A stretch of 64,000 bases of DNA from Candidatus Spongiisociaceae bacterium. GTDB taxonomy: Bacteria; Actinomycetota; Acidimicrobiia; Spongiisociales; Spongiisociaceae. Below are positions 1 through 9,435 of the stretch, one piece after another. The first letter of the stretch is position 1. Every line of letters begins with the position of its first letter. The translations under genes were made by a program, and so were the position numbers. The stretch is taken from contig OZ253564.1 of NCBI GenBank assembly GCA_965262915.1, positions 4,512,001-4,576,000 on the forward strand, written 5' to 3'. The notes under the pieces are model-generated. The model had not been told where the DNA came from and ran no database searches. It worked only from the letters and a program-made list of their open reading frames with translations.

Positions 1-112
1 CATGGAACCGGGCGGCGACCGGCAGAGGGACGAGCCGGGATGCCGAGCGCCGGGTAGTGCTGCGGGGAGTCGGGATCGGGTACTCGGACAGCGAGGCCCT
101 CGGATGGACGGG

Positions 113-748
113 ATGACGGTCACCCATGTCTTCACCGGCGGCGAACCGCTGTCGCCTCGGAGGATCCTCGAGTTGGGGAAGGCCGATCTGGTGATCGCGG
201 CGGACTCGGGGGCCGAAGCCGCCGCGGCGGTCGGACTCGCTGTCGACGTTCTGGTCGGCGACCTCGATTCGATCACCCGCCAGACCCTCGATGCCATCCT
301 CGACGAGGGAACGATGATCGAAGCCCACCATCCGGACAAGGACGCCACCGATCTGGAACTGGCCCTCGCAACGGCGCTTCGGCTGGGCGCGGACGAGATC
401 GTGGTCGTCGGAGGCGGAGGCCGGCGATTCGATCACCTGCTCGGGAACGTAGCGGTGGTCACGAGCCGGGCCCTCGGCAAGGTTCAGGTCCGGTGGGTGA
501 TGGAACGCGAGACCGCATACGTGGTCCGCGGCGGGCGAACCATCCCGGTGGCGGACGGCTCCACCTTCAGCGTGATTCCCGTCGGCGGGGACGCACACGG
601 CGTCACGGTGACGGGATCGAAGTGGACGCTCGAGAACGCCACGATCGAAGCCGGATCGTCTCTGGGGATCAGCAACGTGGCCGCCGGGCCTGCCCTCGCC
701 ATCGAAGTCCGCACCGGTACGTTGCTGGTGATCTGCTTGTCTGACTAG
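113..748 (+). CDS. thiN: Thiamine pyrophosphokinase
   Basis: Motifs IAADSG, VGDLDS, DKDATDLELAL, GGGRRFDH, SLGISN. Start trimmed to ATG 113 (ATG 104 also possible). Confidence 0.88.
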   Translation: MTVTHVFTGGEPLSPRRILELGKADLVIAADSGAEAAAAVGLAVDVLVGDLDSITRQTLDAILDEGTMIEAHHPDKDATDLELALATALRLGADEIVVVGGGGRRFDHLLGNVAVVTSRALGKVQVRWVMERETAYVVRGGRTIPVADGSTFSVIPVGGDAHGVTVTGSKWTLENATIEAGSSLGISNVAAGPALAIEVRTGTLLVICLSD

Positions 749-954
749 CCGCGCCGGGTATCGGCGACGTGGCGGCCGACCTCTGGCATATCGCAACTGC
801 CCTCTATGTCGCCCGACGAGCTTCGCAGATCGCCTTCCCGACCGGATAAGCGCCGGCGGGCCGTTGCCGCAGGACTCGGATTCAGGACCTGACTACCCGG
901 GGGAGCCCCGACCGGTCGATCCTCACCGCCTGGGGGACGGCTTCTCACCCGGGG

Positions 955-1932
955 TCAGGCCCGGTACACCTCGGGGTTGGCGCAGTAGGGCATCCGTTCT
1001 CCGGTGAGGGCCGCGATGAGGTTCTCCGCGGCCCGCTCCGCCATGAGGATGCGGGTCCGGACGGTGGCGCTCCCGATATGGGGAACTATGAAGCAGTTGG
1101 GGAGGGACACGAGCGGGTGGTCCGGTGGCATCGGCTCCGGATCGGTGACATCGAGCCCGGCCGCGGCGATGGTCCCGTCGGACAGGGCCTCGACCAGCGC
1201 GCCCGTGTCGACCACCTGGCCGCGGGAGGCGTTCACCAGGGTGGCGGTGGGTCTCATAGCGCTCAGCGCCGCCCGATCGATCAGCCGGTGGGTACCGGGA
1301 TTGAGGCTGGTCAGCACCACGACATGGTCGGACTCCGCCAGGAGGGCCTCGAAGGAACGGAACTCCACACCGAACCGCGCCTCGGCGGCGCGGTCACGGG
1401 ACCGCTTGCTGTACAGCACCCGCATCCGGAAACCGGCGGCGCGGCGGGCGACCGCCCGGCCGATCCTGCCCAGCCCCACGATGCCGAGCGTGGAACCATG
1501 CAGGTCCCGGCCTACGAGGGCGACCGGGTCCCACTCCCCCCAGCGGCCCTCCACGACATCCTCCATCCCCTCCCTGAACCGCCGGGCGGCCGCTATGAGC
1601 AGCCCGAAGGCGGTGTCGGCGGTGGTCTCGGTCAGGACATCGGGCGTGTGACCCACCGGGATTCCCCTCGCGGTGCAGGTCGCCAGGTCGACATTGTCGA
1701 CCCCCACCGCCATCTGGCTGATCGCACTCAACCGGGGGGCGGCTTCCAGCAGGGCAGCATCGATGCCGTCGGTGAGCATGCAGTAGAGCCCCTCGGCGTC
1801 GCCCACCCGGCCCAGCAACTCGATCCTCGGAATAGCCCGGTTCTCCGGCCACATCCACACGTCAGCCACCTCCCGTAGCATCTCGACGATGGCACCGGGG
1901 GGCTTGCGCGTTACAACAACCGGCGGTGGCAT
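955..1932 (-). CDS. D-glycerate dehydrogenase / glyoxylate reductase (D-2-hydroxyacid dehydrogenase family)
   Basis: AVGVDNVD, GIVGLGRIG Rossmann motif, NASRG, LDVTDPEP, PHIGSAT. Start at ATG 1932. Confidence 0.88.
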   Translation of the reverse strand: MPPPVVVTRKPPGAIVEMLREVADVWMWPENRAIPRIELLGRVGDAEGLYCMLTDGIDAALLEAAPRLSAISQMAVGVDNVDLATCTARGIPVGHTPDVLTETTADTAFGLLIAAARRFREGMEDVVEGRWGEWDPVALVGRDLHGSTLGIVGLGRIGRAVARRAAGFRMRVLYSKRSRDRAAEARFGVEFRSFEALLAESDHVVVLTSLNPGTHRLIDRAALSAMRPTATLVNASRGQVVDTGALVEALSDGTIAAAGLDVTDPEPMPPDHPLVSLPNCFIVPHIGSATVRTRILMAERAAENLIAALTGERMPYCANPEVYRA

Positions 1933-2022
1933 GTCCCTCTCCGGATCGAGTGGAGCAACCAATCTAACCGCCGTCGCCGTCCCAACCACCGGCAGGCGAT
2001 CCCGGCGCGGAACGGGAAGTGA

Positions 2023-3870
2023 TCAGTCCTCGTACAGTTCCTCGATCTCGACCGAGTACCGCTGCAACACCACCCGGCGCTTCATCTTGAGCGACGGGGT
2101 CAGCTCCCCGGTCTCGGGAGACCAGGCATCGGGAGCTACGAACCACTTCCTGGCCTGCTCGACCCGTGCGACCTCGCCGTTGGCCGAATCCACGATCCGC
2201 CGGACCTCCTCGAGAACCTGCGGAGCACGGCTGAAATCCTCGAAGGTGTCGTATTCCACCCCCTTGCTTTCCGCCCATCCGGACGCCATGTCGGGATCGA
2301 GAGCCACCAGCAGCGTCAGGTAGCGGCGGCCGTCACCCACTAGGCAGGCCTGGGAGACCAGGGCATGCTTGTTGATCAGGTTCTCCAACCTGGCAGGGGC
2401 CACGTTCTTGCCTCCCGCAGTGATGATGATCTCCTTCTTGCGACCGATGATGGTCAGGAACCCGTCGTCGTCCAGGCGTCCGAGGTCGCCGGTGTGCAAC
2501 CATCCGTCGTCGCCGAACGCCTCGGCGGTTCCCTGCTGGTCCTTGTAGTACCCCCCGGTGACCAGCCCCCCGCGGATGAGGATCTCGCCGTCGTCGGCCG
2601 TGGCGATCTCCACCCCCGGCATGGCGCAGCCGACACTACCGATGCGGTCGAGGCCGGGACGGTTGGAGGTGCCCGGACCCGACGACTCGGTCATCCCGTA
2701 GAGCTCGTAGACCGGAATACCGACGCCGCGAAAGAACATCAGCAGGTCGGCCGAGATCGGCGCGGCGGCCGAGATGGCGAGCTTCAACTCGTCCAGACCC
2801 AGACCGGCGCGGATCTTGGAGAAGACCAGATGGTCGAACAGACCGAGCTTGGTCCGGTCGCCCAGCCCCGGCCGACCTCCCGCCTGCTGGATCTTCTGCG
2901 CCTGCGACGCCAACGCCACGGCCCCGAGAGCCAGGGCCCGCTTCCGAGCGTTGGGGTTTTCCTCCAGTTTGGCCATCAGGCCCGCGTGGAACTTCTCCCA
3001 TACGCGAGGCACTGCGAAGAAGACCTCCGGCCGGGTCTCCTGAACGGCCGCCGCCACCTGCGAGATCTCCGGTACGTAGCGAACCGGACCGGCATACCAC
3101 AGACCCGAGTAGTGGCTAGCCATGCGCTCGCCGATGTGGGCCAGGGGCAGGTAGGAGATCAGGCGCACGTGTTCGGGGATGTCGAACGTGCGGGAGATGC
3201 ACTCCAGCGTCCACAGGGCGTTGCGATGGCTGATCATCACCGCTTTGGGCGTACCCGTGGTACCGGATGTGTATATCAGCGTGGCGAGATCGGTCTGGGA
3301 CACCGCGGCCGAGGTTCGATCGACCAGATCGGCCTCCTCTTCGAGCGCTGCCTTGCCCCTGGCGACGAGATCGTCCCAGGAGAGCACGTCCTCGCCTCGC
3401 CGCTCGTCGGGTAGATCCACCACGACCATGTACCGGAGACCGGGAAGGTCTGCTCGGATCTCGTTCCAGCGGTCGAGGTATCCGGTGTCCTCAACCAATG
3501 CGACCCCGGCCGAGCAGTGGTCGGCTATGTAGCGGATCTGCGGTGCGGCCAGCGTGTTGTAGAACGACACGGGCACCGCCCCGGCATACACCGCGCCCAG
3601 GTCGGCGATAACGTGCTCGGGCCGGTTGCCCGCCATGATGGCTACGAAGTCACCCCCCTCGATCCCCAGGGACCGCAGACCGGCGGCCACCTCCCTGACC
3701 CTCTGCCGGTAGGAGGCCCAACTCAGCGTGCGGAGCCCGTCCTCGGCCGCCCACCGGACAGCCGGCAGCGTCGCGAACCGGTCGGCGTTGCGGTCCAATA
3801 CATCCACCAGCGTCATATCGCCGATCGTCCCCGTGATTTCGAGGCGTTCCCGTTCGATGTCCCTAAGCAT
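2023..3870 (-). CDS. Long-chain fatty acid--CoA ligase (FadD15/FAA1-like)
   Basis: Intact adenylation motifs: YTSGTTGTPKA, YGMTE, HTGDLG, GRKKEIIITAGGKN, TPSLKMKR. Confidence 0.9.
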   Translation of the reverse strand: MLRDIERERLEITGTIGDMTLVDVLDRNADRFATLPAVRWAAEDGLRTLSWASYRQRVREVAAGLRSLGIEGGDFVAIMAGNRPEHVIADLGAVYAGAVPVSFYNTLAAPQIRYIADHCSAGVALVEDTGYLDRWNEIRADLPGLRYMVVVDLPDERRGEDVLSWDDLVARGKAALEEEADLVDRTSAAVSQTDLATLIYTSGTTGTPKAVMISHRNALWTLECISRTFDIPEHVRLISYLPLAHIGERMASHYSGLWYAGPVRYVPEISQVAAAVQETRPEVFFAVPRVWEKFHAGLMAKLEENPNARKRALALGAVALASQAQKIQQAGGRPGLGDRTKLGLFDHLVFSKIRAGLGLDELKLAISAAAPISADLLMFFRGVGIPVYELYGMTESSGPGTSNRPGLDRIGSVGCAMPGVEIATADDGEILIRGGLVTGGYYKDQQGTAEAFGDDGWLHTGDLGRLDDDGFLTIIGRKKEIIITAGGKNVAPARLENLINKHALVSQACLVGDGRRYLTLLVALDPDMASGWAESKGVEYDTFEDFSRAPQVLEEVRRIVDSANGEVARVEQARKWFVAPDAWSPETGELTPSLKMKRRVVLQRYSVEIEELYED

Positions 3871-4202
3871 TTGCTGACTCCTCGATGATTAACTCGGCCG
3901 ACACGAGCTTACCGGCCTGAGCAGGCATTTCGGGTAAACAACGGGCTTAGATCTCCGGAGGGGACCGTGGGTGAGGTCGACCCGGTGCGTGGACCGGCCG
4001 TCGCGCTTGCACCAAACGGTCGCTCTTCTCCGGTCGAAGAGAAGGGTGATCAGACGGAGTACAGGCTATCGATATCGAGCGATGGCATCTCCAGCATTAC
4101 GGCGCGCTTTGCCCTGAAGGTATGGCCCAAATTCCCCGGTGGCCGGGGACCAGGGATGCGGGACCGTATACCACCTACCAACCCGATGCGTCGTACGTCT
4201 GA

Positions 4203-6071
4203 TCAGCCGGCGTACATCCCGTCTATCTCGGCGGAATACCGCTCCACCACCACGTCACGCCTCACCCTGAACGTATGTGCCGCTGCCCCGGTCGCGGGAG
4301 ACCAGGGCTCTGGGACGACGTACCATTTCCGGGCCCGCTCGACCGGTGGGACCTGACTGTTGGCCGACTCCACTATCCGCCCCACCTCTTCGAGAACCCG
4401 CGGCGCTCGGCTCAACTCCTCGAAGTGGTCGTATTCCACCCCACGCCTATCGGCCCATCCGGGCACCAGATCAGCATCGATGGATACCAGCAGTGTCAGG
4501 TAGCTGCGTCCTTGACCCACCAAGCAGGCCTGAGCGATCGGCGTATGCCAGTTGATCAGAGTCTCCAGCCTGAGTGGCGCCACGCGCCGACCGGAGGTCG
4601 TGGTGATGATCTCCTCCTTCCGACCGAGGAAGGTGAGGAACCCGTCATCGTCGATACGCCCCAGGTCCCCGGTATGGAGCCATCCGTCCCGGTCGTGGGT
4701 CCTGGAGGTTCTCTCCTGGTCCCGGTAGTACCCCTTGGTCACGATCCCGCCCCGCATGAGGATCTCACCGTCGTCGGCCGTGGCGATCTCGACTCCGGGC
4801 AACGGTCGACCGACGGTACCCAAACGGTTCGCGCCAGGCAGGTTGGTACATCCGGTCGCCGACGCCTCGGCCAGACCGTACAGTTCGTACACCGGGAGGC
4901 CGATCGCCCAGAAGAAGATGATCATGTCACGGGAGATCGGGGCGCCGGCCGAGATACCCACCTCGAGTTCATCCAGCCCGAGACCGTCACGGACCTTCGA
5001 GAAGACCATACGGTCGAAGACACGGAGCTTGATCCTGTCGAACAGACCGGTTCGACCTCCCGCATGCTCGGTCTGTTGCGCTTCCACAGCCAATTCGAAA
5101 GCTCTCAACCCCAAGGCACGCTTTCGCTCGTTCGGCTCCCCCTCCAGAGTGGCCATCAAGCCCGCATGGAAGAGTTCCCATACACGGGGAGGTGCGAAGA
5201 AGGCCGTTGGGCGGGCGCTCCGGATCGCCTCGACGACCTTCAAAGGATCGGACACACAGCGGATGGAACCGGCCGTGCACAGTGAATCGTAATGATTGGC
5301 CATCCGCTCACCGAGGTGGCCGAGGGGCAGGTACGAGATGAGCTTCAGATGCGCCGCGACTTCCGGCCATGCCCGTTTGCTGCTCTCGACCAGCCATATG
5401 GCATTCCGGTGAGTCGCCATCACCGCTTCGGGAGGACCGGAGGTCCCGGGCGTATACGACACGGTGAGTATGTCGTCCTGGACCACCTCGGAGGAGGATC
5501 GGTCCACCAGTTCAGGATCCTCCTCGAGCTCCGCCTTACCCTTCGCCAACAACTCATCCCATGACATCACTCCCCCGCTATCGCTGCCCTTCGGGAGATC
5601 CATCACCACGATGTACCGTAGTTCCGGTAGTTCTCCCCGAATCCCGTTCCAACGGCCGAGATGTTCCTCGTTCTCCACCACTGCCAGTTCTGCTTCACAG
5701 TGGGCCGCCATCTCGCGGATCTCCGGGGGGGTCAGGGTCTCGAAGAAGGATACGGGGAACGCCCCTGCGTACACGGCACCGAGGTCTGCGATGAGATGCT
5801 CGGCCCGGTTGCACGCCATGAGCGCCACGAAGGCTCCCCCCTCGATACCTAGAGAGAGAAATCCGGCGGCCACCTCGGTAACCTTTTCTCTGTACGCCGC
5901 CCACGTAATGGTCGCCAGACCCTGGGGGGTCAACCATTGAATCGCCGGGAGATTCCCGAAGCGGGTCGCGTTGTAGTCCAGCAGGTCCACCATGGTCGTG
6001 TCGCCGACCGCCTCGTCGATCTCGAGACGTTCCCGTTCAATGCCCCGCTGATACCTAGGCCTGAACACCAC
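4203..6071 (-). CDS. Second, divergent long-chain acyl-CoA ligase paralog with degenerate catalytic motifs
   Basis: Collinear with the 2023-3870 protein over its full length. GTG start at 6071 (or 6068) follows GGGAG. P-loop reads YTPGTSGPPEA and the A10 region reads AHTFRVRR. Confidence 0.82.
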   Translation of the reverse strand: MVFRPRYQRGIERERLEIDEAVGDTTMVDLLDYNATRFGNLPAIQWLTPQGLATITWAAYREKVTEVAAGFLSLGIEGGAFVALMACNRAEHLIADLGAVYAGAFPVSFFETLTPPEIREMAAHCEAELAVVENEEHLGRWNGIRGELPELRYIVVMDLPKGSDSGGVMSWDELLAKGKAELEEDPELVDRSSSEVVQDDILTVSYTPGTSGPPEAVMATHRNAIWLVESSKRAWPEVAAHLKLISYLPLGHLGERMANHYDSLCTAGSIRCVSDPLKVVEAIRSARPTAFFAPPRVWELFHAGLMATLEGEPNERKRALGLRAFELAVEAQQTEHAGGRTGLFDRIKLRVFDRMVFSKVRDGLGLDELEVGISAGAPISRDMIIFFWAIGLPVYELYGLAEASATGCTNLPGANRLGTVGRPLPGVEIATADDGEILMRGGIVTKGYYRDQERTSRTHDRDGWLHTGDLGRIDDDGFLTFLGRKEEIITTTSGRRVAPLRLETLINWHTPIAQACLVGQGRSYLTLLVSIDADLVPGWADRRGVEYDHFEELSRAPRVLEEVGRIVESANSQVPPVERARKWYVVPEPWSPATGAAAHTFRVRRDVVVERYSAEIDGMYAG

Positions 6072-6321
6072 CGCGCCGTCTACTCCCGAATGGAGCCGTT
6101 TTCCATCCACCCAGAAGGTTAACCGATAGCCCGAACCCGACCCTCGCACGCACCGGGTGGACCCTGCAACCGGAGTTCCCGCTCCTCGGGTGCGGGCCCG
6201 GTCCGGGAGCCGCTCCCGGACCATGTACGGCCGCGGTATTGTCCGGTTACGTGCTGCCGGCGCCCCGGTCCACCGTCCGGACGACCGGCTGCCCCAGTTC
6301 GGCAACCGAACCCGAGGTGTC

Positions 6322-6876
6322 ATGGAACAGGTCTCGTTCACCCGCATGGAAGACGGCACCAGAGAGGAATACGAGTTCCTCGCCCGACTCGAAGGCGATC
6401 TCCACACCGACTACGCCGACCGCCTGCTCGAGTGGGTCCGCTGGAACGATGGAAAAACCGGCTACCGGGTCAGCCGATTCGAGCACTCCCTGCAGTCCGC
6501 CAGCCGTGCCCACCGGGACGGGCGGGATGAGGAGTACGTGGTGTGCTGCCTGCTGCACGATATCGGCGACCTCATCGCCCCCTACAACCACAGCCAGGTA
6601 GCGGCGGACATCCTGCGTCCCTACATCTCGGAGAAGAACTACTGGATCATGCGCCACCACGGCTTGTTCCAGGGCTACTACTACTTCCACCACTTCGGTC
6701 AGGATCGCAACGCCAGGGACATGTACAAGGGCCATCCCTGGTACGAGGACACCATCGAGTTCTGCACCAAATACGATCAGAACTGCTTCGACCCGGAGTA
6801 CGAGTCGCTGCCGCTGGAGTTCTTCGAACCGATGGTCCGCCGGGTAATCACCACGCGCCGGCACCATACGCCGTAG
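6322..6876 (+). CDS. HD-domain metalloenzyme (PhnZ/MIOX-like pattern)
   Basis: EHSLQSA, LLHDIGD, NH, HHGLFQGYYY, YDQ. GAGG precedes ATG 6322. Confidence 0.8.
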   Translation: MEQVSFTRMEDGTREEYEFLARLEGDLHTDYADRLLEWVRWNDGKTGYRVSRFEHSLQSASRAHRDGRDEEYVVCCLLHDIGDLIAPYNHSQVAADILRPYISEKNYWIMRHHGLFQGYYYFHHFGQDRNARDMYKGHPWYEDTIEFCTKYDQNCFDPEYESLPLEFFEPMVRRVITTRRHHTP

Positions 6877-6975
6877 GAGAATGCTCAAAAACGGGTATTT
6901 GGTTGGCCCGTCGTCCGCTGACGTGGCATTTTGTCATCGACCGTCGGCCCAACGGGGGGTTTCTCAGCACTCTCC
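6876..6975. mobile_element. MITE-like element family A, copy 1 (100 bp)
   Basis: Imperfect terminal inverted repeats ggagaatgctcaaaaac / gtttctcagcactctcc, with TA on both flanks. Related copies at 8847, 19931, 27855, 48298 and 59074. Confidence 0.8.
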
Positions 6976-7006
6976 TAATGGGGGTCCACCACTTCTGCTG
7001 GCTTGT

Positions 7007-7064
7007 CTAGGAGGGTGCTGAAGGGCGGCCCGGCATACGCCGCCATCCGACGGGCAGACGGTTA
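7007..7064. repeat. Composite MITE fragment (family A end plus family B end)
   Basis: ctaggagggtgctga matches the family A terminus. gccgccatccgacgggcagacggttag resembles the family B right end. Confidence 0.4.
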
Positions 7065-7805
7065 GCCGACCCCCAACGAGACCCCGGCCGCCGCATCGGC
7101 GACCACCGACGCTATGGCTTGGGGGTCGGAATCGCCGGGAAACCGGTACGACGGACCGTGAACATGGATAGCCGCCATCACGCGCCGGTGATCGTCGTAA
7201 ACGGGGGAGGCGACCGAAGTGATGCCCTCGGCAAATTCCTCGATCACCCATGCGGACCCTTCGTCCCGAATCCTGGTCAGGCGTTCACGGACCAGCCCGG
7301 GATCGGTGACGGTATGCCGGGTGTACGGGTCGAGACCTCCCTCTATGTAGCTGTCCAGCTGGTCCGGGGACCAGTGGGCCAGCATCACGAGGCCCGCCGG
7401 AACCACATGCATGGGGAGGAGGGTGCCCGTCCAATCACGAACCTGGATGTTGTTCTGCGCATCCTCCTGAGCGATGTAGTGGACCTGTTTCCCGTCGGGT
7501 ACCGAAAGCCCGGCGTCCTCTCTCAGCTCGCGGGCCAGCATCTTGAGGTGTGGTCGAGACCTGGACAGCAGATCGGCAACCCTGCTGCGTCCGGCCGCCA
7601 AGCCGTACACGGTGGGACCGATCCGGTACGTGGCATCCGGCGAGACCCTCTCCACCGCTCCCACATCCAGCAGCGTGTTGACGATCCGGGCCACCGTGCT
7701 CTTGGGCATATCGACCCGAGAGGCGAGTTCGGTGATACCCAGTTCCGAGGCCGAGATCGCATCGAGTAGCGCGAATGCTCGCTGGATCGACTGCACCCTG
7801 CCCAT
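7062..7805 (-). CDS. IclR-family transcriptional regulator
   Basis: N-terminal VQSIQRAFALL...GITELA...PKSTVAR helix-turn-helix; C-terminal EEFAEGITSVASPV...AAIHVHGP. Confidence 0.9.
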   Translation of the reverse strand: MGRVQSIQRAFALLDAISASELGITELASRVDMPKSTVARIVNTLLDVGAVERVSPDATYRIGPTVYGLAAGRSRVADLLSRSRPHLKMLARELREDAGLSVPDGKQVHYIAQEDAQNNIQVRDWTGTLLPMHVVPAGLVMLAHWSPDQLDSYIEGGLDPYTRHTVTDPGLVRERLTRIRDEGSAWVIEEFAEGITSVASPVYDDHRRVMAAIHVHGPSYRFPGDSDPQAIASVVADAAAGVSLGVG

Positions 7806-7838
7806 GAGCCTCTCCCGATGGTCCTGCGGCCTCTGAAC

Positions 7839-7855
7839 GTACCACGTCGTGGAAC
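7839..7855. promoter_or_regulatory. Candidate IclR operator palindrome
   Basis: GTACCAC-gtc-GTGGAAC, an inverted repeat with one mismatch, between the divergent iclR-like gene and deoD. Confidence 0.45.
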
Positions 7856-7962
7856 GGAACAGACGAGCGACGCCCTGCGTCCCTCAGGAGAACTCGGACC
7901 GGGCCTCGGTCCGTATCATCACCGGACGGTTGGTAACCTCATTCCGGAAAAGGAGACGCCTC

Positions 7963-8685
7963 TTGTCCACACCTCACATCTCCGCCCCCGAAGGGGCTTT
8001 CGCAGGGTCCATCCTCCTGCCGGGCGACCCCCTGCGGGCCCGCTACATCGCTGAGACCTTCCTCGACGACGCTGTCGTCGTTACATCGGTCCGGAACATG
8101 CTCGGGTTCACCGGTTCGTACCGGGGAATGCCCGTCTCGACGATGGGCACCGGTATGGGCGTGCCGTCGGCGGCGATCTATGTCACCGAACTTATCCGCT
8201 TCTACGGGGTCAGGCGCTTGGTCCGTGTGGGATCCTGCGGCGGGATCTCCCCGGATGTCAAGATGCGGGAAGCGATCCTGGCCATCGGGGCCGCTACGGA
8301 CTCGGCCACCAACCGCACCCGGTACAACGGGTGGGACTACGCCCCCACGGCCAACTTCGATCTGCTCCGGGCGGCCGCCGACGCGGCCGCCACACTGGGC
8401 ATCAAGACCCATGTCGGCAACCTCCACACCTCAGACCTCTTCTACAACACCTACCAGAACTCCCTCGAGATCTGGCAGAGAATGGGGATCCTGGCCGTGG
8501 AGATGGAGACGGCCGGCCTGTACGCCATCGCGGCCGAGGAGCGCGCCCAGGCATTGAGCATCGTCACGGTGTCGGATCACCTGGTCACCGGCGAGGTGAC
8601 CTCCTCCGACGAACGCGAGCGCACCTTCGATGGCATGGTCAGGATCGCCCTTGACGCGCTCCACGCAGCCGCCGGGCCGACGTAG
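7963..8685 (+). CDS. deoD: Purine-nucleoside phosphorylase (DeoD type)
   Basis: TPHI, LLPGDPLRA, RNMLGFTG, GMGVPS, RVGSCG, AVEMET, TVSDH. TTG start follows AGGAG. Confidence 0.93.
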   Translation: MSTPHISAPEGAFAGSILLPGDPLRARYIAETFLDDAVVVTSVRNMLGFTGSYRGMPVSTMGTGMGVPSAAIYVTELIRFYGVRRLVRVGSCGGISPDVKMREAILAIGAATDSATNRTRYNGWDYAPTANFDLLRAAADAAATLGIKTHVGNLHTSDLFYNTYQNSLEIWQRMGILAVEMETAGLYAIAAEERAQALSIVTVSDHLVTGEVTSSDERERTFDGMVRIALDALHAAAGPT

Positions 8686-8846
8686 CGCCGAGTCCCCCGA
8701 CCATCGCCGCAACAGCGGTCCCCGTTGTCGTCGGGCCCCGTGTGCACACCTCGGATGCGAAGCTCCGTGATGGACGGTGGCGGGATCCTCGGAGGAAGGG
8801 CACCGCCCGCGCCATGTGAGGCGAGATCAAGTTTGTCGAGGTTCGA

Positions 8847-8946
8847 GGAGAATGCCGAAAAACGGGGTATTGGTTGGCCCGTCGTCCGCTGACGTGGCAT
8901 TTTGTCATCGACCGTCAGGCCGACGGGGGGTTTCTCAGCACTCTCC
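8847..8946. mobile_element. MITE-like element family A, copy 2
   Basis: Near-identical to 6876-6975; ends in cagcactctcc followed by TAG. Confidence 0.8.
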
Positions 8947-8954
8947 TAGGGCCG

Positions 8955-9407
8955 TCACGACCCCCAACGCAGCACCATCACGAGGGTGGCGAAGGCCAGC
9001 AGCACGGTGTCGACCCATCCGACCAGGCTCGAGCGGCGGGCCATGGTCTCGGCCAGGGGTCGATCACCCTGCTCGTAGGCCGATGCGATACGCTTGCCGT
9101 TGGGTCCCAGTACGCTCATCGCCAACACGGCGCCAACCACCACGACGATGATGCCCACCACGACGAACGGCGCAGTCATCCCGTAGGCGCCTTCCGACAG
9201 CCCGACCAGGCCGAAACCGCTGACGAATACCACGATGGCGGCGGGCGTATGGATTACCCGCCCCATGGAGACCGTGGCCCGGTGCCAGGTTGCGGCAGTA
9301 GCGTCGTCGCCTCGCGACATGGGGCCGCGACCGAAAGCGCGGGCCAGATTGGCGCCGAACCATGCAGCCACGCCCAGGATGTGGGCGAACAGCAAAACCT
9401 CGAACAT
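8955..9407 (-). CDS. Four-helix membrane protein (DUF2269-like)
   Basis: HILGVAAWFG start and four hydrophobic segments. Confidence 0.65.
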   Translation of the reverse strand: MFEVLLFAHILGVAAWFGANLARAFGRGPMSRGDDATAATWHRATVSMGRVIHTPAAIVVFVSGFGLVGLSEGAYGMTAPFVVVGIIVVVVGAVLAMSVLGPNGKRIASAYEQGDRPLAETMARRSSLVGWVDTVLLAFATLVMVLRWGS

Positions 9408-9435
9408 CGAAATCCTTCCACTTGGCGGGGCCAGG

